From Bacillota bacterium (GTDB taxonomy: Bacteria; Bacillota; Clostridia; Christensenellales; UBA1242), in NCBI GenBank assembly GCA_009787915.1, contig WQSK01000001.1, positions 7,119 to 71,118 of the forward strand: a DNA stretch of 64,000 nt, given 5' to 3'. Below are positions 8,836 to 18,242 of this stretch, one piece after another (the stretch's first letter is position 1; every line of letters begins with the position of its first letter). Both the position numbers and the translations under genes were made by a program. The notes beneath the pieces are model-generated. The model did no database searches. It was not told where the DNA came from and worked only from the letters and a program-made list of their open reading frames with translations.

Positions 8836-9977
8836 AAAAAACTTTTTTGCAAAATGTAAAAGGCACGTTTGACGCAGGGTGGGAAACACAAAGTATCCGT
8901 AACCACGTAACGGGGGTTTTAAGAAAGAACTTTGAGGCTTTTGGTTATTTGCCGTTGGAAACCGCAAAGGTTAATAACCTGTCTTTGCTTACGTACAAGT
9001 ACGACCCCGATGCCGAGATTGTTCGCGAGATTTACAAAATCCGTGACCAAGGCGATAGGGATTTGGGGCTTAGGTTTGATTTGACCGTGCCACTTTGCAA
9101 GTACATTGCGAACAACCAAAGTATCAAGTTGCCGATGAAACGATACGAGATTGGAAAAGTCTGGCGCAATGGACCTGTGAAAATGGGGCGCACGCGCGAG
9201 TTTTATCAATGCGACGTTGACGCGGTTGGGATTGACGGTCAACACATCGAGGCGGAACTTATATCTTTGGCAATCAAATGTTGTTTAGAGTTGGGAATAA
9301 AACCACTGGTTAAATACGGGAATAGAAAGTTACTCCCGTACTCGGACAAAATTATTTCTATAATCGACAAAATGGCAAAGGTTACGCATAAGGCACTTAT
9401 TGACGATTTGTCCAAGCACATGAAACCGAAAGAGGCCGAAGAACTTATCCACAACGTAAAAAACGCGCCAAAGATTCCCGAGGTTTTGGATTTGGAGTTT
9501 GCCCTTGGCGAACTTGGAGTTTTAGAATATTGCGAGTACGCCCCATATTTGGCGAGAGGGCTTAATGTTTATACGGGCACCGTTTACGAGTTGTATGACA
9601 GTTCGGGCAAAATACAAAGTTCAATCGGTGGAGGCGGTCGCTATGACAAAATCATTGGGAACTTTATTGATAATGGAAAACAATATCCCGCGGTTGGACT
9701 GTCACTTGGGCTTGAACCCCTTATGGCGGTGATAACCCAAACTCACCAGACAAAGAGTCCGATTGACCTTATGTTAATCCCGCTTGGTACAGAATCTTTT
9801 GCTCAAAAAATTGCAAATGATTTGCGGGCAAAGGGGCAAAACGTGTTGGTATATCTTGGGGCGAAAAATTTAGCAAAGGCTTTTGAATATGCGGCGGCGT
9901 ATGGTATAAAAAACTGTGCCGTAATCGGGCCAGACGAAGCAAAGGGCAAGGAACTGGTTATAAAGGTGGTGAACTAA
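8832..9977 (+). CDS. hisS: histidyl-tRNA synthetase (DLTVP-type)
   Basis: LRFDLTVPLCKY, motif 2 GRTREFYQCDVDAVG, motif 3 GGGGRYD, C-terminal anticodon-binding-like domain. Overlaps the metG stop by 4 nt. Confidence 0.85.
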   Translation: MKKTFLQNVKGTFDAGWETQSIRNHVTGVLRKNFEAFGYLPLETAKVNNLSLLTYKYDPDAEIVREIYKIRDQGDRDLGLRFDLTVPLCKYIANNQSIKLPMKRYEIGKVWRNGPVKMGRTREFYQCDVDAVGIDGQHIEAELISLAIKCCLELGIKPLVKYGNRKLLPYSDKIISIIDKMAKVTHKALIDDLSKHMKPKEAEELIHNVKNAPKIPEVLDLEFALGELGVLEYCEYAPYLARGLNVYTGTVYELYDSSGKIQSSIGGGGRYDKIIGNFIDNGKQYPAVGLSLGLEPLMAVITQTHQTKSPIDLMLIPLGTESFAQKIANDLRAKGQNVLVYLGAKNLAKAFEYAAAYGIKNCAVIGPDEAKGKELVIKVVN

Positions 9978-9978
9978 C

Positions 9979-10956
9979 ATGGTTGTTAAAAAAAATGTGA
10001 TACTTACAGGCGTTAAACCGTCGGGCACCTTACATTTAGGGAATTACCTTGGTGCCATTGCCCCTGCAATCAAGAGTGCAAACGAATCGACCGACAAAAG
10101 TTATTTTTTTATCGCAGACGCACATGCGCTTACAACGGTCAAGAATGCAAAAGAACTCTCGACCGCGATAAGGCACATTGCTTGTGTGTGGTTGGCGTGC
10201 GGACTTGATGTGAAAAAGACCGCGTTTTATCGCCAATCGGATATTCCCGAGATTTTTGAACTGGCTACAATAATAAGCAACGTTACCCCAAAGGGTTTGT
10301 TAAACCGCGCTCATGCTTATAAAACCGTTGTTCAAAATGCCGTAGATAAAAATCAAGACCCTGACAAAGATGTGAACGTAGGTTTGTTTACTTATCCTGT
10401 TTTACAGGCCGCAGATATTATGATTGTGGATACGTCAATAGTTCCTGTGGGGCAAGACCAAAAACAACACATCGAAATTGCCGCGGACATTGCAAAGTCT
10501 TTCAACGCCGTTTATGGAAACACACTTGTTGTTCCGAAAGATTTAATCAAGCCCGATGTCGGAACTATTGCAGGACTTGACGGGCGCAAGATGTCCAAGA
10601 GTTACGGGAATGTGATTCCATTGTTTTGTTCAGAGCAAGATTTGCTTAAAGCAATTAAACGAATTGAAACGGATTCGTCTTTGCCAACTGACCCAAAGCC
10701 GAAAGACCACCTTATATATGTATTGTACAAACATTTTACGGGGAAAGATTTGGACCCTTGTATTGGTTGGGGGGATGCGAAGCAAAGATTGTTCGACGCC
10801 GTAAACAAAGTCATCACCCCGATGAGAGAGCGATATAATTATCTTATGGAAAACTATGGCGAGGTTGAAAAGATTTTGGCTTTGGGCGCGGTGGAAACCC
10901 GAAAGGTCGCGCGCGAAACATTGAACCGCGTGCGAAAGGCGGTTGGGATATCATGA
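9979..10956 (+). CDS. trpS: tryptophanyl-tRNA synthetase
   Basis: GVKPSGTLHLGNYLGA and KMSKS (GRKMSKSYGN). Confidence 0.95.
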   Translation: MVVKKNVILTGVKPSGTLHLGNYLGAIAPAIKSANESTDKSYFFIADAHALTTVKNAKELSTAIRHIACVWLACGLDVKKTAFYRQSDIPEIFELATIISNVTPKGLLNRAHAYKTVVQNAVDKNQDPDKDVNVGLFTYPVLQAADIMIVDTSIVPVGQDQKQHIEIAADIAKSFNAVYGNTLVVPKDLIKPDVGTIAGLDGRKMSKSYGNVIPLFCSEQDLLKAIKRIETDSSLPTDPKPKDHLIYVLYKHFTGKDLDPCIGWGDAKQRLFDAVNKVITPMRERYNYLMENYGEVEKILALGAVETRKVARETLNRVRKAVGIS

Positions 10957-12404
10957 TTAAGTTTTATAATACGCTCTCCCGAGAGAAACAAGAGTTTGTC
11001 CCTATAGACAAAAAAAATAAAATCGTAAAGATGTATTCTTGTGGACCCACGGTTTATAATACCGCTACGATTGGGAACTTGCGTGCATATGTGATTGCGG
11101 ATATTTTGAAAAAGACCATAAACGCGTATGGATATAAAATTTATGATGTCATGAACCTGACCGATGTTGGGCATCTTGTGTCAGACGGCGATGACGGCGA
11201 GGACAAAGTTGAAAAGGCCGCACGGGCGCAAGGTATCACTGCCTCGGAGTTAGCCAAAAGATATACCGACCAATATTTTGTTGATTGTGAGAAACTTAAC
11301 ATCCGTCGCCCCCAAGTTGTTGCCCCCGCCACAGGTTTCATCAAACAAATGGTTGATATGGTAGAGCAACTTGAGAAAAAAGGTTTTGCCTACACAATAA
11401 AAGATGGTGTGTATTTTGATTCTTCAAAAGTTCCGACTTATAACAAACTAAGTCGCCAGCCGATTGAATCAAACATTGCGGGTGCAAGGATTGCTATGGG
11501 CGAAAAACGTAACCCTCATGATTTTGCCCTCTGGAAAATCGTCGACCCAAAGAGTTTACAGCAATGGGAAACCAAGTGGGGCAAACACGGTGCGCCTGCG
11601 TGGCATATTGAGTGCAGTGCTATTGCGCGCGAATTTTTGGGCGACACGTTTGATATTCACACGGGCGGGATTGACCATATACCGACACATCACACAAACG
11701 AGATTGCCCAGACCGAGAGTCTGACGGGCAAGCCAATGGCGAACTTTTGGATGCATAACGAGTTCATGACGGTGGACGGCAAAAAGATGTCAAAGTCTTT
11801 GGGAAATGGTTTTATGTTGTCTGACATAGAAAAAAAAGGAATCGACCCAATCGCGTTTAGATATATGTGTTTGTTGACGCACTATAGGTCGATTTTTAAT
11901 TTTACATGGGAAGGTCTGCAAAGTGCCCAAACCGCGCTTGACAATCTCGTAAAGCAATTGGCCAGGCATAAGGTTGCTGTCAAGGCTAATTCCCTCTCGC
12001 CTGCGGAACTCGGCTTGCGCCTCAAACAGTCCTCGGCTTCAAGTGAACAAGCCTCACCAGCAACCTTTTCACCGATGGTTGTGCTTTGGGATGATTTGAA
12101 TACCCCGAGGGCGGTTGCCTTGTTGTGGGACGCGGTTAAGGGCGCACCCTCGCGTGTGGTGTATGACATGGCGATTGCGTTGGATTCGGTTTTGTCACTT
12201 GATTTAGAAACGCGTGTTCAAAAGTTTTTGGCTTCACAAAAGAGCGCGGATGTTCCGAAAAAAGTTTTGGATTTGGCAAAGGCTCGGCATGAAAAGAAAC
12301 TTGCAAAAGATTGGGCAGGTGCCGATAAATTGCGTGATGAAGTATTGACTTTGGGGTACATTATTAAAGATACTAGGGATGGTTACGAGGTAATAAACAA
12401 ATGA
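10953..12404 (+). CDS. cysS: cysteinyl-tRNA synthetase
   Basis: YSCGPTVYNTATIGNLR, HIECS, KMSKSLGN. Overlaps the trpS stop by 4 nt. Confidence 0.95.
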   Translation: MIKFYNTLSREKQEFVPIDKKNKIVKMYSCGPTVYNTATIGNLRAYVIADILKKTINAYGYKIYDVMNLTDVGHLVSDGDDGEDKVEKAARAQGITASELAKRYTDQYFVDCEKLNIRRPQVVAPATGFIKQMVDMVEQLEKKGFAYTIKDGVYFDSSKVPTYNKLSRQPIESNIAGARIAMGEKRNPHDFALWKIVDPKSLQQWETKWGKHGAPAWHIECSAIAREFLGDTFDIHTGGIDHIPTHHTNEIAQTESLTGKPMANFWMHNEFMTVDGKKMSKSLGNGFMLSDIEKKGIDPIAFRYMCLLTHYRSIFNFTWEGLQSAQTALDNLVKQLARHKVAVKANSLSPAELGLRLKQSSASSEQASPATFSPMVVLWDDLNTPRAVALLWDAVKGAPSRVVYDMAIALDSVLSLDLETRVQKFLASQKSADVPKKVLDLAKARHEKKLAKDWAGADKLRDEVLTLGYIIKDTRDGYEVINK

Positions 12405-13135
12405 AAGTAAAACTCTACGGGACGGGAAGTTCGGCGGCAAAGAATTTCAGCGCATGTGCGTTTATTAATGACGAGGTTCTTTTTGATTGCCCAAATGGTT
12501 TGGTGCAAAAACTCCGCAATGACGACGTGGATTTTGACAAGGTTAAAGTCCTTATTTTGTCGCACTTTCACGGTGACCATGATTTTGATGTTCCGTTTTT
12601 TTTAGGGGCGATGGGTTTCAACCCAAGAGGTCGCAAATTAACAATCATCGCACCAAAGGGTTTTGCAAAGCGTCACAAGGTTTTATGCGACATGATTTGG
12701 CCAGGTATCTTTGGCTTTAAGGTGGCGAAGAAAAATATCGACCTAACGATATTGGAAGCCAAAGACAAAAGAGTTTTCAATATAGAGGGGTACGAGATTA
12801 AGGCATACTCTGTGTCACACTGTGAGGAGCAGGGTTGCGTTGCATATGGTTTTAAAATAACAAAAGACGGAAAAACGATTTCTTTCAGCGGTGACACTTC
12901 GATGACGGATAATGTTAGGGCTTTGGTTGATGGGGTGGATATGGCGTTTATCGAATGCACAGGCGCACCTTTATCAGAGCGGGTTCCCGTGCATATCGAT
13001 GTTCCAGAGTTTTTGGCGCTTAAAAAAGATTTTCCAGATGTTAAATTGGTTCCAATACACATGTCGGATAAGAGCAAAGAGGCTCTTGAAAAACTAGGTG
13101 TCAAGGTTCCAGAGGATGGGGATGAATATAATTGA
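12401..13135 (+). CDS. MBL-fold metallo-hydrolase (RNase Z/BN-like)
   Basis: HxHxDH motif LSHFHGDHDFD. Overlaps the cysS stop by 4 nt. Confidence 0.75.
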   Translation: MKVKLYGTGSSAAKNFSACAFINDEVLFDCPNGLVQKLRNDDVDFDKVKVLILSHFHGDHDFDVPFFLGAMGFNPRGRKLTIIAPKGFAKRHKVLCDMIWPGIFGFKVAKKNIDLTILEAKDKRVFNIEGYEIKAYSVSHCEEQGCVAYGFKITKDGKTISFSGDTSMTDNVRALVDGVDMAFIECTGAPLSERVPVHIDVPEFLALKKDFPDVKLVPIHMSDKSKEALEKLGVKVPEDGDEYN

Positions 13136-13583
13136 CGACAACCGCAAGGCAAGGTTTGACTATGCCATAGATGACAAATTCGAGGCGGGGTTGTCGTTGC
13201 TTGGGTGGGAAGTCAAATCCGCGCGCGCTGGAAACGTTAATCTTAAGGACAGTTTCGTTTATTTTCAGGTTGCATCAAACGGGGGAATAAGTGCTATACT
13301 TAAAAACGCGCATTTCTCTCCGTTTCAATTCGGTGATGTATCAACCCAGGAAACGCGCAGGGATAGGCAACTTTTGTTAAACATACATGAGATTAAAAAA
13401 ATCCATAACGCAGTTAAAACAAAAGGCGTGACATGTGTACCTCTTAGGCTGTATTTTAATAAAAGTGGTCGCGTGAAACTCGAGATTGCTATTGGAAAAG
13501 GGAAACATACTTATGACAAAAAACAAACACAGAAAGAACGTGATATTGCCCGCGAAACACGTCGGGCAATCGAAGGGATGTAG
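13116..13583 (+). CDS. smpB: SsrA-binding protein
   Basis: NRKARFDYAIDDKFEAGLSLLGWEVKS and a C-terminal basic tail. ATG at 13116 preferred over the track GTG at 13098. Confidence 0.9.
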   Translation: MGMNIIDDNRKARFDYAIDDKFEAGLSLLGWEVKSARAGNVNLKDSFVYFQVASNGGISAILKNAHFSPFQFGDVSTQETRRDRQLLLNIHEIKKIHNAVKTKGVTCVPLRLYFNKSGRVKLEIAIGKGKHTYDKKQTQKERDIARETRRAIEGM

Positions 13584-13586
13584 CAT

Positions 13587-14522
13587 ATGAGAAAAGAAGG
13601 ACAAAAAGTTAAAAACGTAAATGGCTTTAGCCGAGTGGCGACGTTGCTTGTAGGCACACGTAGGTGCGAGGCTACGAACTATTTTACAAAAGAAGTGTTG
13701 TGCAAAAAATTCGATGATTATATAGAGTTAAAAAAGAAAGAAGGCAAAGAATACAACTATCGCGATATTGCGCTCGCGGTTTTGGTGCGGATTTTTTATT
13801 TAAGACCCCAATTGAACCGCTTTGTTGTAAAGGGCAAAATCTATCAGCGTCATCATGTTGATGTGGCGTGCACCGTGCACAAGAATTTAAGAACAGGCGA
13901 AAAGGAAACGGCGATTAAATGCAGGTTCCACGGCAACGAAACATTGGACGAGGTCAAAGAACGTGTTGACTCGGCACTTAAAAAAGCGGTGTTCGAGGAA
14001 AACTCTACGGACAAGTTCGTTGACAGCCTTTTGGGTCGCGCACCGAACTTTTTGTTGCGCTTTATCGTTTGGACATTTAGGATTCGCGATAGGTGGGGAT
14101 TATTGTCAGACAAATTCATGTTTGAAACCAGCCCAATGCACACAAGCATTTTCTACGGCGACCTCAAAAGTATCCACCTAGGGGCAACTTGGCACCATTT
14201 GTACGAGTTCGGGAATTGTGGTTTTTTCCTAACAATGGGAAAGGAAACATGGAAACCCGTTGTATGCCAAAAGACACAAAAAATCACCGCAGAAAAAGTG
14301 GTGGAACTAGGGATTTCTATTGACGAGCGATTTATCGACGGTCTGACCTATAGCCAAATGCTTAAGACGATTGACAGGATTTTAGAGGACCTAACAGTTT
14401 TGGAAACTCCTGCACTCCCCGAGGACAGAAAATGGCCATATAACACAAGCGAGAAATTAAAACGCCTTCCGCGCCGTGCGAAAAAACAGGCAAGGCGTGC
14501 GGGCTTGACAATCGCCTCATAA
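13587..14522 (+). CDS. stand-alone 2-oxoacid dehydrogenase acyltransferase catalytic-domain-like protein
   Basis: C-terminal region resembles the E2/CAT fold. The expected DHRxxDG motif reads DERFIDG, so the catalytic His is replaced. No lipoyl domain. Confidence 0.5.
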   Translation: MRKEGQKVKNVNGFSRVATLLVGTRRCEATNYFTKEVLCKKFDDYIELKKKEGKEYNYRDIALAVLVRIFYLRPQLNRFVVKGKIYQRHHVDVACTVHKNLRTGEKETAIKCRFHGNETLDEVKERVDSALKKAVFEENSTDKFVDSLLGRAPNFLLRFIVWTFRIRDRWGLLSDKFMFETSPMHTSIFYGDLKSIHLGATWHHLYEFGNCGFFLTMGKETWKPVVCQKTQKITAEKVVELGISIDERFIDGLTYSQMLKTIDRILEDLTVLETPALPEDRKWPYNTSEKLKRLPRRAKKQARRAGLTIAS

Positions 14523-14540
14523 CGTGATATAAATTTCTCA

Positions 14541-15404
14541 ATGGTTTTAACGAAAGAATATTTACACAAAGTACATAATGTTTTCTCTGATGTAAAAACG
14601 ATTTGCAGGGAGTTGCCATGCCATGCGGACGGGACAAAAAGAGATATTCCGTACCCGAAGACAACACCGTTTTCATTGTTTGGAAGTGTGAACAGGGATA
14701 CAAGTTCTGTCGGTTTTGAAATCGGAGATATTCATACAAGGCTTGATGTATGGAAATACACTTTGCCAGCAGAGCAAGAATACCCGCACATATGGTTGCG
14801 CAAGACCGACACCAATGAGAAGATTGATGATTATGAAAAACTTTGTTTTCTAATCGATTTTTCAAGTAAAGGGATTCAAACATATGCGTCGAACTATGGA
14901 CTTTTGGAACCTTTGTCTGAGTCGAAAAAACAAAGGCTTGTTGAAATACTTGATGAAGATTGCAAACATCTTTTACACCAAACGGATGCAGAAAATATCG
15001 GAGGGATTCTTGCCAACGGGTTGCACCTCAACGGTGAAACGGGCGAGTATTCACATTTTGCTGATAAAAATTCTCGCCTTTATTATACAACTTATCCACT
15101 TGAAAAGGAGGAGGCCTCTGACCCACTTCGCTTAACGCATAGTATTTATGGGAATCAATATAACCCGCGCATGGTTTTATTGGGCTTACCAAACCAACTT
15201 GGGGATGTCGAGAACGAAAAATTCCGCGAAAGAATTGCCGTGATGTCGCCTTATGCAAAACGACATATTATCCCACCCGAGTTCGTGCGCGGGGTCGTTG
15301 ATTTTAGGGGTAACTTTGAATCAAATCCCAATTGGATTCTTTCGCGTGGCAATGCCGACGAGTTGCTTAATAAACACAGAGAACGAATGCATATAACCAC
15401 TTGA
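14541..15404 (+). CDS. hypothetical protein
   Basis: Long + strand ORF in the operon direction. The overlapping antisense ORF 14362-14883 is judged spurious. Confidence 0.5.
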   Translation: MVLTKEYLHKVHNVFSDVKTICRELPCHADGTKRDIPYPKTTPFSLFGSVNRDTSSVGFEIGDIHTRLDVWKYTLPAEQEYPHIWLRKTDTNEKIDDYEKLCFLIDFSSKGIQTYASNYGLLEPLSESKKQRLVEILDEDCKHLLHQTDAENIGGILANGLHLNGETGEYSHFADKNSRLYYTTYPLEKEEASDPLRLTHSIYGNQYNPRMVLLGLPNQLGDVENEKFRERIAVMSPYAKRHIIPPEFVRGVVDFRGNFESNPNWILSRGNADELLNKHRERMHITT

Positions 15405-16138
15405 CTTTTTGCCCGAAAGTGGAAAGGGATTTTTGGGTATTGCAATGTAACAAAATTTATGGTAGGGTTGTTTTGATGATTAAAGTTTTTATTGGACTTA
15501 GAACACTGATTGAACACGGCTATTTAAATGGTGACGTATCAAAACGTTTGCCGCGTGAGGCCTTTTATGGTGACGAATATCACAAGGTATTTATTGGGGC
15601 AAGTGAAGATGTCTTTTTTGATGTTGTGCCTGGTGACACATCTGGTCGTTCTGGCACAGGTGACACAATGCGAGTCCTTAAATCATGGGAAAATGGTGAG
15701 GTTTATAAACCGCCTTACAAAATCGATGTTTGTACTTTGCAACTTAAAAACAACCTGAACCCGCCAACCATATGTATGGCGACCGAGTTAGAAAAAAAAC
15801 TTGGCGGGATTCCGTTTACCATATTTTATAGTCGGGGCCTTAGGGGCAACAACACGGGTGCGATTGTAACTGCTGTTGATTTGCGAAAAACGAGAACTGT
15901 TATAGAGAAGATGGACCTTGGTTCCCATGGTACCGATATTCTTGATGTGCAAATCACAACAGACCCGAACGAATATTGGAGTACAACATACGTAGAGGTT
16001 GACGGCAAAAAAGACGAAGGAATAGAAAAGCGATATTACGAGAAAGAGGTAATTACCGAGCATAGAAAATCCCTCATAGAATTTGATGCGGATGGCGATA
16101 AAATTGTGCGGTCGTCTTTATTGACGTTTGGACTTTGA
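15401..16138 (+). CDS. hypothetical protein (start uncertain: TTG 15401 overlapping the upstream stop, or ATG 15476)
   Basis: ORF only. The TTGA overlap with the preceding stop suggests coupling. Confidence 0.45.
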   Translation: MTFCPKVERDFWVLQCNKIYGRVVLMIKVFIGLRTLIEHGYLNGDVSKRLPREAFYGDEYHKVFIGASEDVFFDVVPGDTSGRSGTGDTMRVLKSWENGEVYKPPYKIDVCTLQLKNNLNPPTICMATELEKKLGGIPFTIFYSRGLRGNNTGAIVTAVDLRKTRTVIEKMDLGSHGTDILDVQITTDPNEYWSTTYVEVDGKKDEGIEKRYYEKEVITEHRKSLIEFDADGDKIVRSSLLTFGL

Positions 16139-16156
16139 TAATGTTATCATATCGGC

Positions 16157-17479
16157 ATGATTGATATTAATTTGATACGGGAAGGTTCCGAGGCGGTGGC
16201 AAAAACCCTTGCAAAGCGCGGGTACGAAATTGAACAGGTTTCAAAGATGTTTGCGGAACTTTTGAAACTTGATGCAAAAAAGCGCAAGATTCAAACCGAG
16301 GGGGAGAACCTGAGAGCCGAGCGCAATCGTTTGAACGACCAAATATCGAAAGCCAAAGATGCCACAGAGCGCACAAACTTGATTGCAGGAACAAAGGTTT
16401 TGTCAGAAAAAATATCCAAAATCAATATTGACAAAATCGAGAAGAAAATTTTTGATATAATGGCGGGGATTCCGAATTTGCCAATGGAAGAAGTCCAATC
16501 AGGTGGCAAGGAAAAAAACCGTGTAGTCGAAACGATTGGTGTTAAACCGACTTTTGATTTTAAACCAAAAGACCATGTTGAACTGTGTACAAGTTTGGGT
16601 CTTATTGATTACGAGCGTGCGGCGAAAATCAGCGGGCGCGGAACCTGGGTCTACACAAACATGGGTGCGAGGTTAGAGTGGGCACTTTTGAACTACTTTG
16701 TAGATTTTCACACACGAAATGGGTACGAGTTTATAATGCCTCCGCACCTTTTGAATTACCAAAGCGGATATGCCGCGGGTCAGTTTCCAAAGTTTGCTGA
16801 AAACATTTTTTGTACAAGCGCAGGTGCAGGTATTGGAACCAAAGGTGGGAAAGCCCCAAAGTTCAGCGACCCCGATTTTAGGTTTTTGTTGCCGACATCC
16901 GAAACCGCGATTATAAACCTTCATCGCGATGAGATTATTCCACAGGACAAACTCCCGATTAAATATTTTGGGTTTTCACCATGTTACAGGCGCGAGATTG
17001 GGAACTATGGTAACTCCGAACGCGGTATGATTCGCGGTTTTCAATTCCATAAAATAGAGCAATTTATCTTTTGCAACAAAGAGGACGATGAACAATACTT
17101 TTTGGAAATCGTTTCAAATGCCGAGGAACTTGTTAGGGGGCTTGGACTCCATGCACGGACTGTTGCGCTTGCCGCTGGTGATGTTGGCGGGGCTATGGCA
17201 AAAACATATGACATCGAGGTCTATATCCCAAGCATGACCAGTATCGAGGGCGGGTTTAAGGAGGTTAGTTCTTGTTCGACCGCCCAGCAATATCAGGCGC
17301 GTCGTGCGGCGATAAGAACAAAAAGAACAACGACCGAGTTTGTTCATACGCTTAATGCAAGTGGTTTGGCGACCAGTCGTTTAATTCCTGCGATTGTTGA
17401 ACAGTTCCAGACCGCGGACGGACGTGTTCGTGTGCCAGAGGTTTTGCAAAAATATTTGGGAGGCGCAAAGTTTTTGTGA
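16157..17479 (+). CDS. serS: seryl-tRNA synthetase
   Basis: N-terminal coiled-coil arm and class II core (FRFLLPTSE, CYRREIG, TLNASGLATSR). Confidence 0.95.
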   Translation: MIDINLIREGSEAVAKTLAKRGYEIEQVSKMFAELLKLDAKKRKIQTEGENLRAERNRLNDQISKAKDATERTNLIAGTKVLSEKISKINIDKIEKKIFDIMAGIPNLPMEEVQSGGKEKNRVVETIGVKPTFDFKPKDHVELCTSLGLIDYERAAKISGRGTWVYTNMGARLEWALLNYFVDFHTRNGYEFIMPPHLLNYQSGYAAGQFPKFAENIFCTSAGAGIGTKGGKAPKFSDPDFRFLLPTSETAIINLHRDEIIPQDKLPIKYFGFSPCYRREIGNYGNSERGMIRGFQFHKIEQFIFCNKEDDEQYFLEIVSNAEELVRGLGLHARTVALAAGDVGGAMAKTYDIEVYIPSMTSIEGGFKEVSSCSTAQQYQARRAAIRTKRTTTEFVHTLNASGLATSRLIPAIVEQFQTADGRVRVPEVLQKYLGGAKFL

Positions 17480-17499
17480 CAACCACATATATATAGAAC

Positions 17500-18183
17500 A
17501 TGATGATTCGTGTCGTATGTGTTTTGTTTGCCGTAGCAATTATTACTTCTTTGTTTGTGGACTTTCGGTCACGCCCAGTTCATGCGCGGACGGCGGATTT
17601 TCATGTTGTGATTGACGCTGGTCACGGCGGGCATGACGGTGGGGCGGTAGGAAAAAACGGAACTCGCGAGGCCGATGTTGTTTTGGCTATTGCAAGGTTT
17701 TTGGAGAGCGAACTTAAAAGCATTGGTATAGGTACGACTATGACAAGGACGACCGAGGCAGATTTGGCGGCCCCTATGGCAAGAAATCGCAAGCGTAGTG
17801 ACATGGATGCGCGCCGTAGAATTATCGAGTCGGTTCAACCCGATTTGGTGGTTTCAATACACCTAAACAGTCTGCCATCGCACCCTGGGGTTCGGGGCTT
17901 TCAGGCATTTTTCAACCAAAGCGGCGAAATCAGTAGACACTTTGCCGAGTCCCTTCAGGCGCATTTTAACAATCTGCCATTGCAGGGCAATCGCCGCGCG
18001 TCCACGGGGGATTTTTATATTTTGAACTCTACGGGTTTTCCGTCGGTGCTTTTGGAGTGTGGGTTTTTGTCTAACCCAAATGACGAGGCACTTTTAAGGA
18101 CAACCGAGTATCAACAGTTTTTGGCGGCAAACATTGCGGAGGCGATAGACCAGGCGCGGAGAAATGTTCCTCCAGTCAGATAA
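17500..18183 (+). CDS. N-acetylmuramoyl-L-alanine amidase (Amidase_3, CwlD-like, N-terminal TM anchor)
   Basis: VVIDAGHGGHDGGAVG, SIHLNS, ECGFLSN. Confidence 0.85.
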   Translation: MMIRVVCVLFAVAIITSLFVDFRSRPVHARTADFHVVIDAGHGGHDGGAVGKNGTREADVVLAIARFLESELKSIGIGTTMTRTTEADLAAPMARNRKRSDMDARRRIIESVQPDLVVSIHLNSLPSHPGVRGFQAFFNQSGEISRHFAESLQAHFNNLPLQGNRRASTGDFYILNSTGFPSVLLECGFLSNPNDEALLRTTEYQQFLAANIAEAIDQARRNVPPVR

Positions 18184-18242
18184 TTTTGCACTCACTTTTG
18201 GTTGCCAAAAAAAGTTTGCGGTTATAGAATATCTATATTCAT

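Noticed and set aside
13584-13600. tmRNA (ssrA) expected next to smpB.
   Set aside because: smpB is followed after 3 nt by the next CDS. No tRNA-like 3' end or tag-peptide reading frame was seen nearby.
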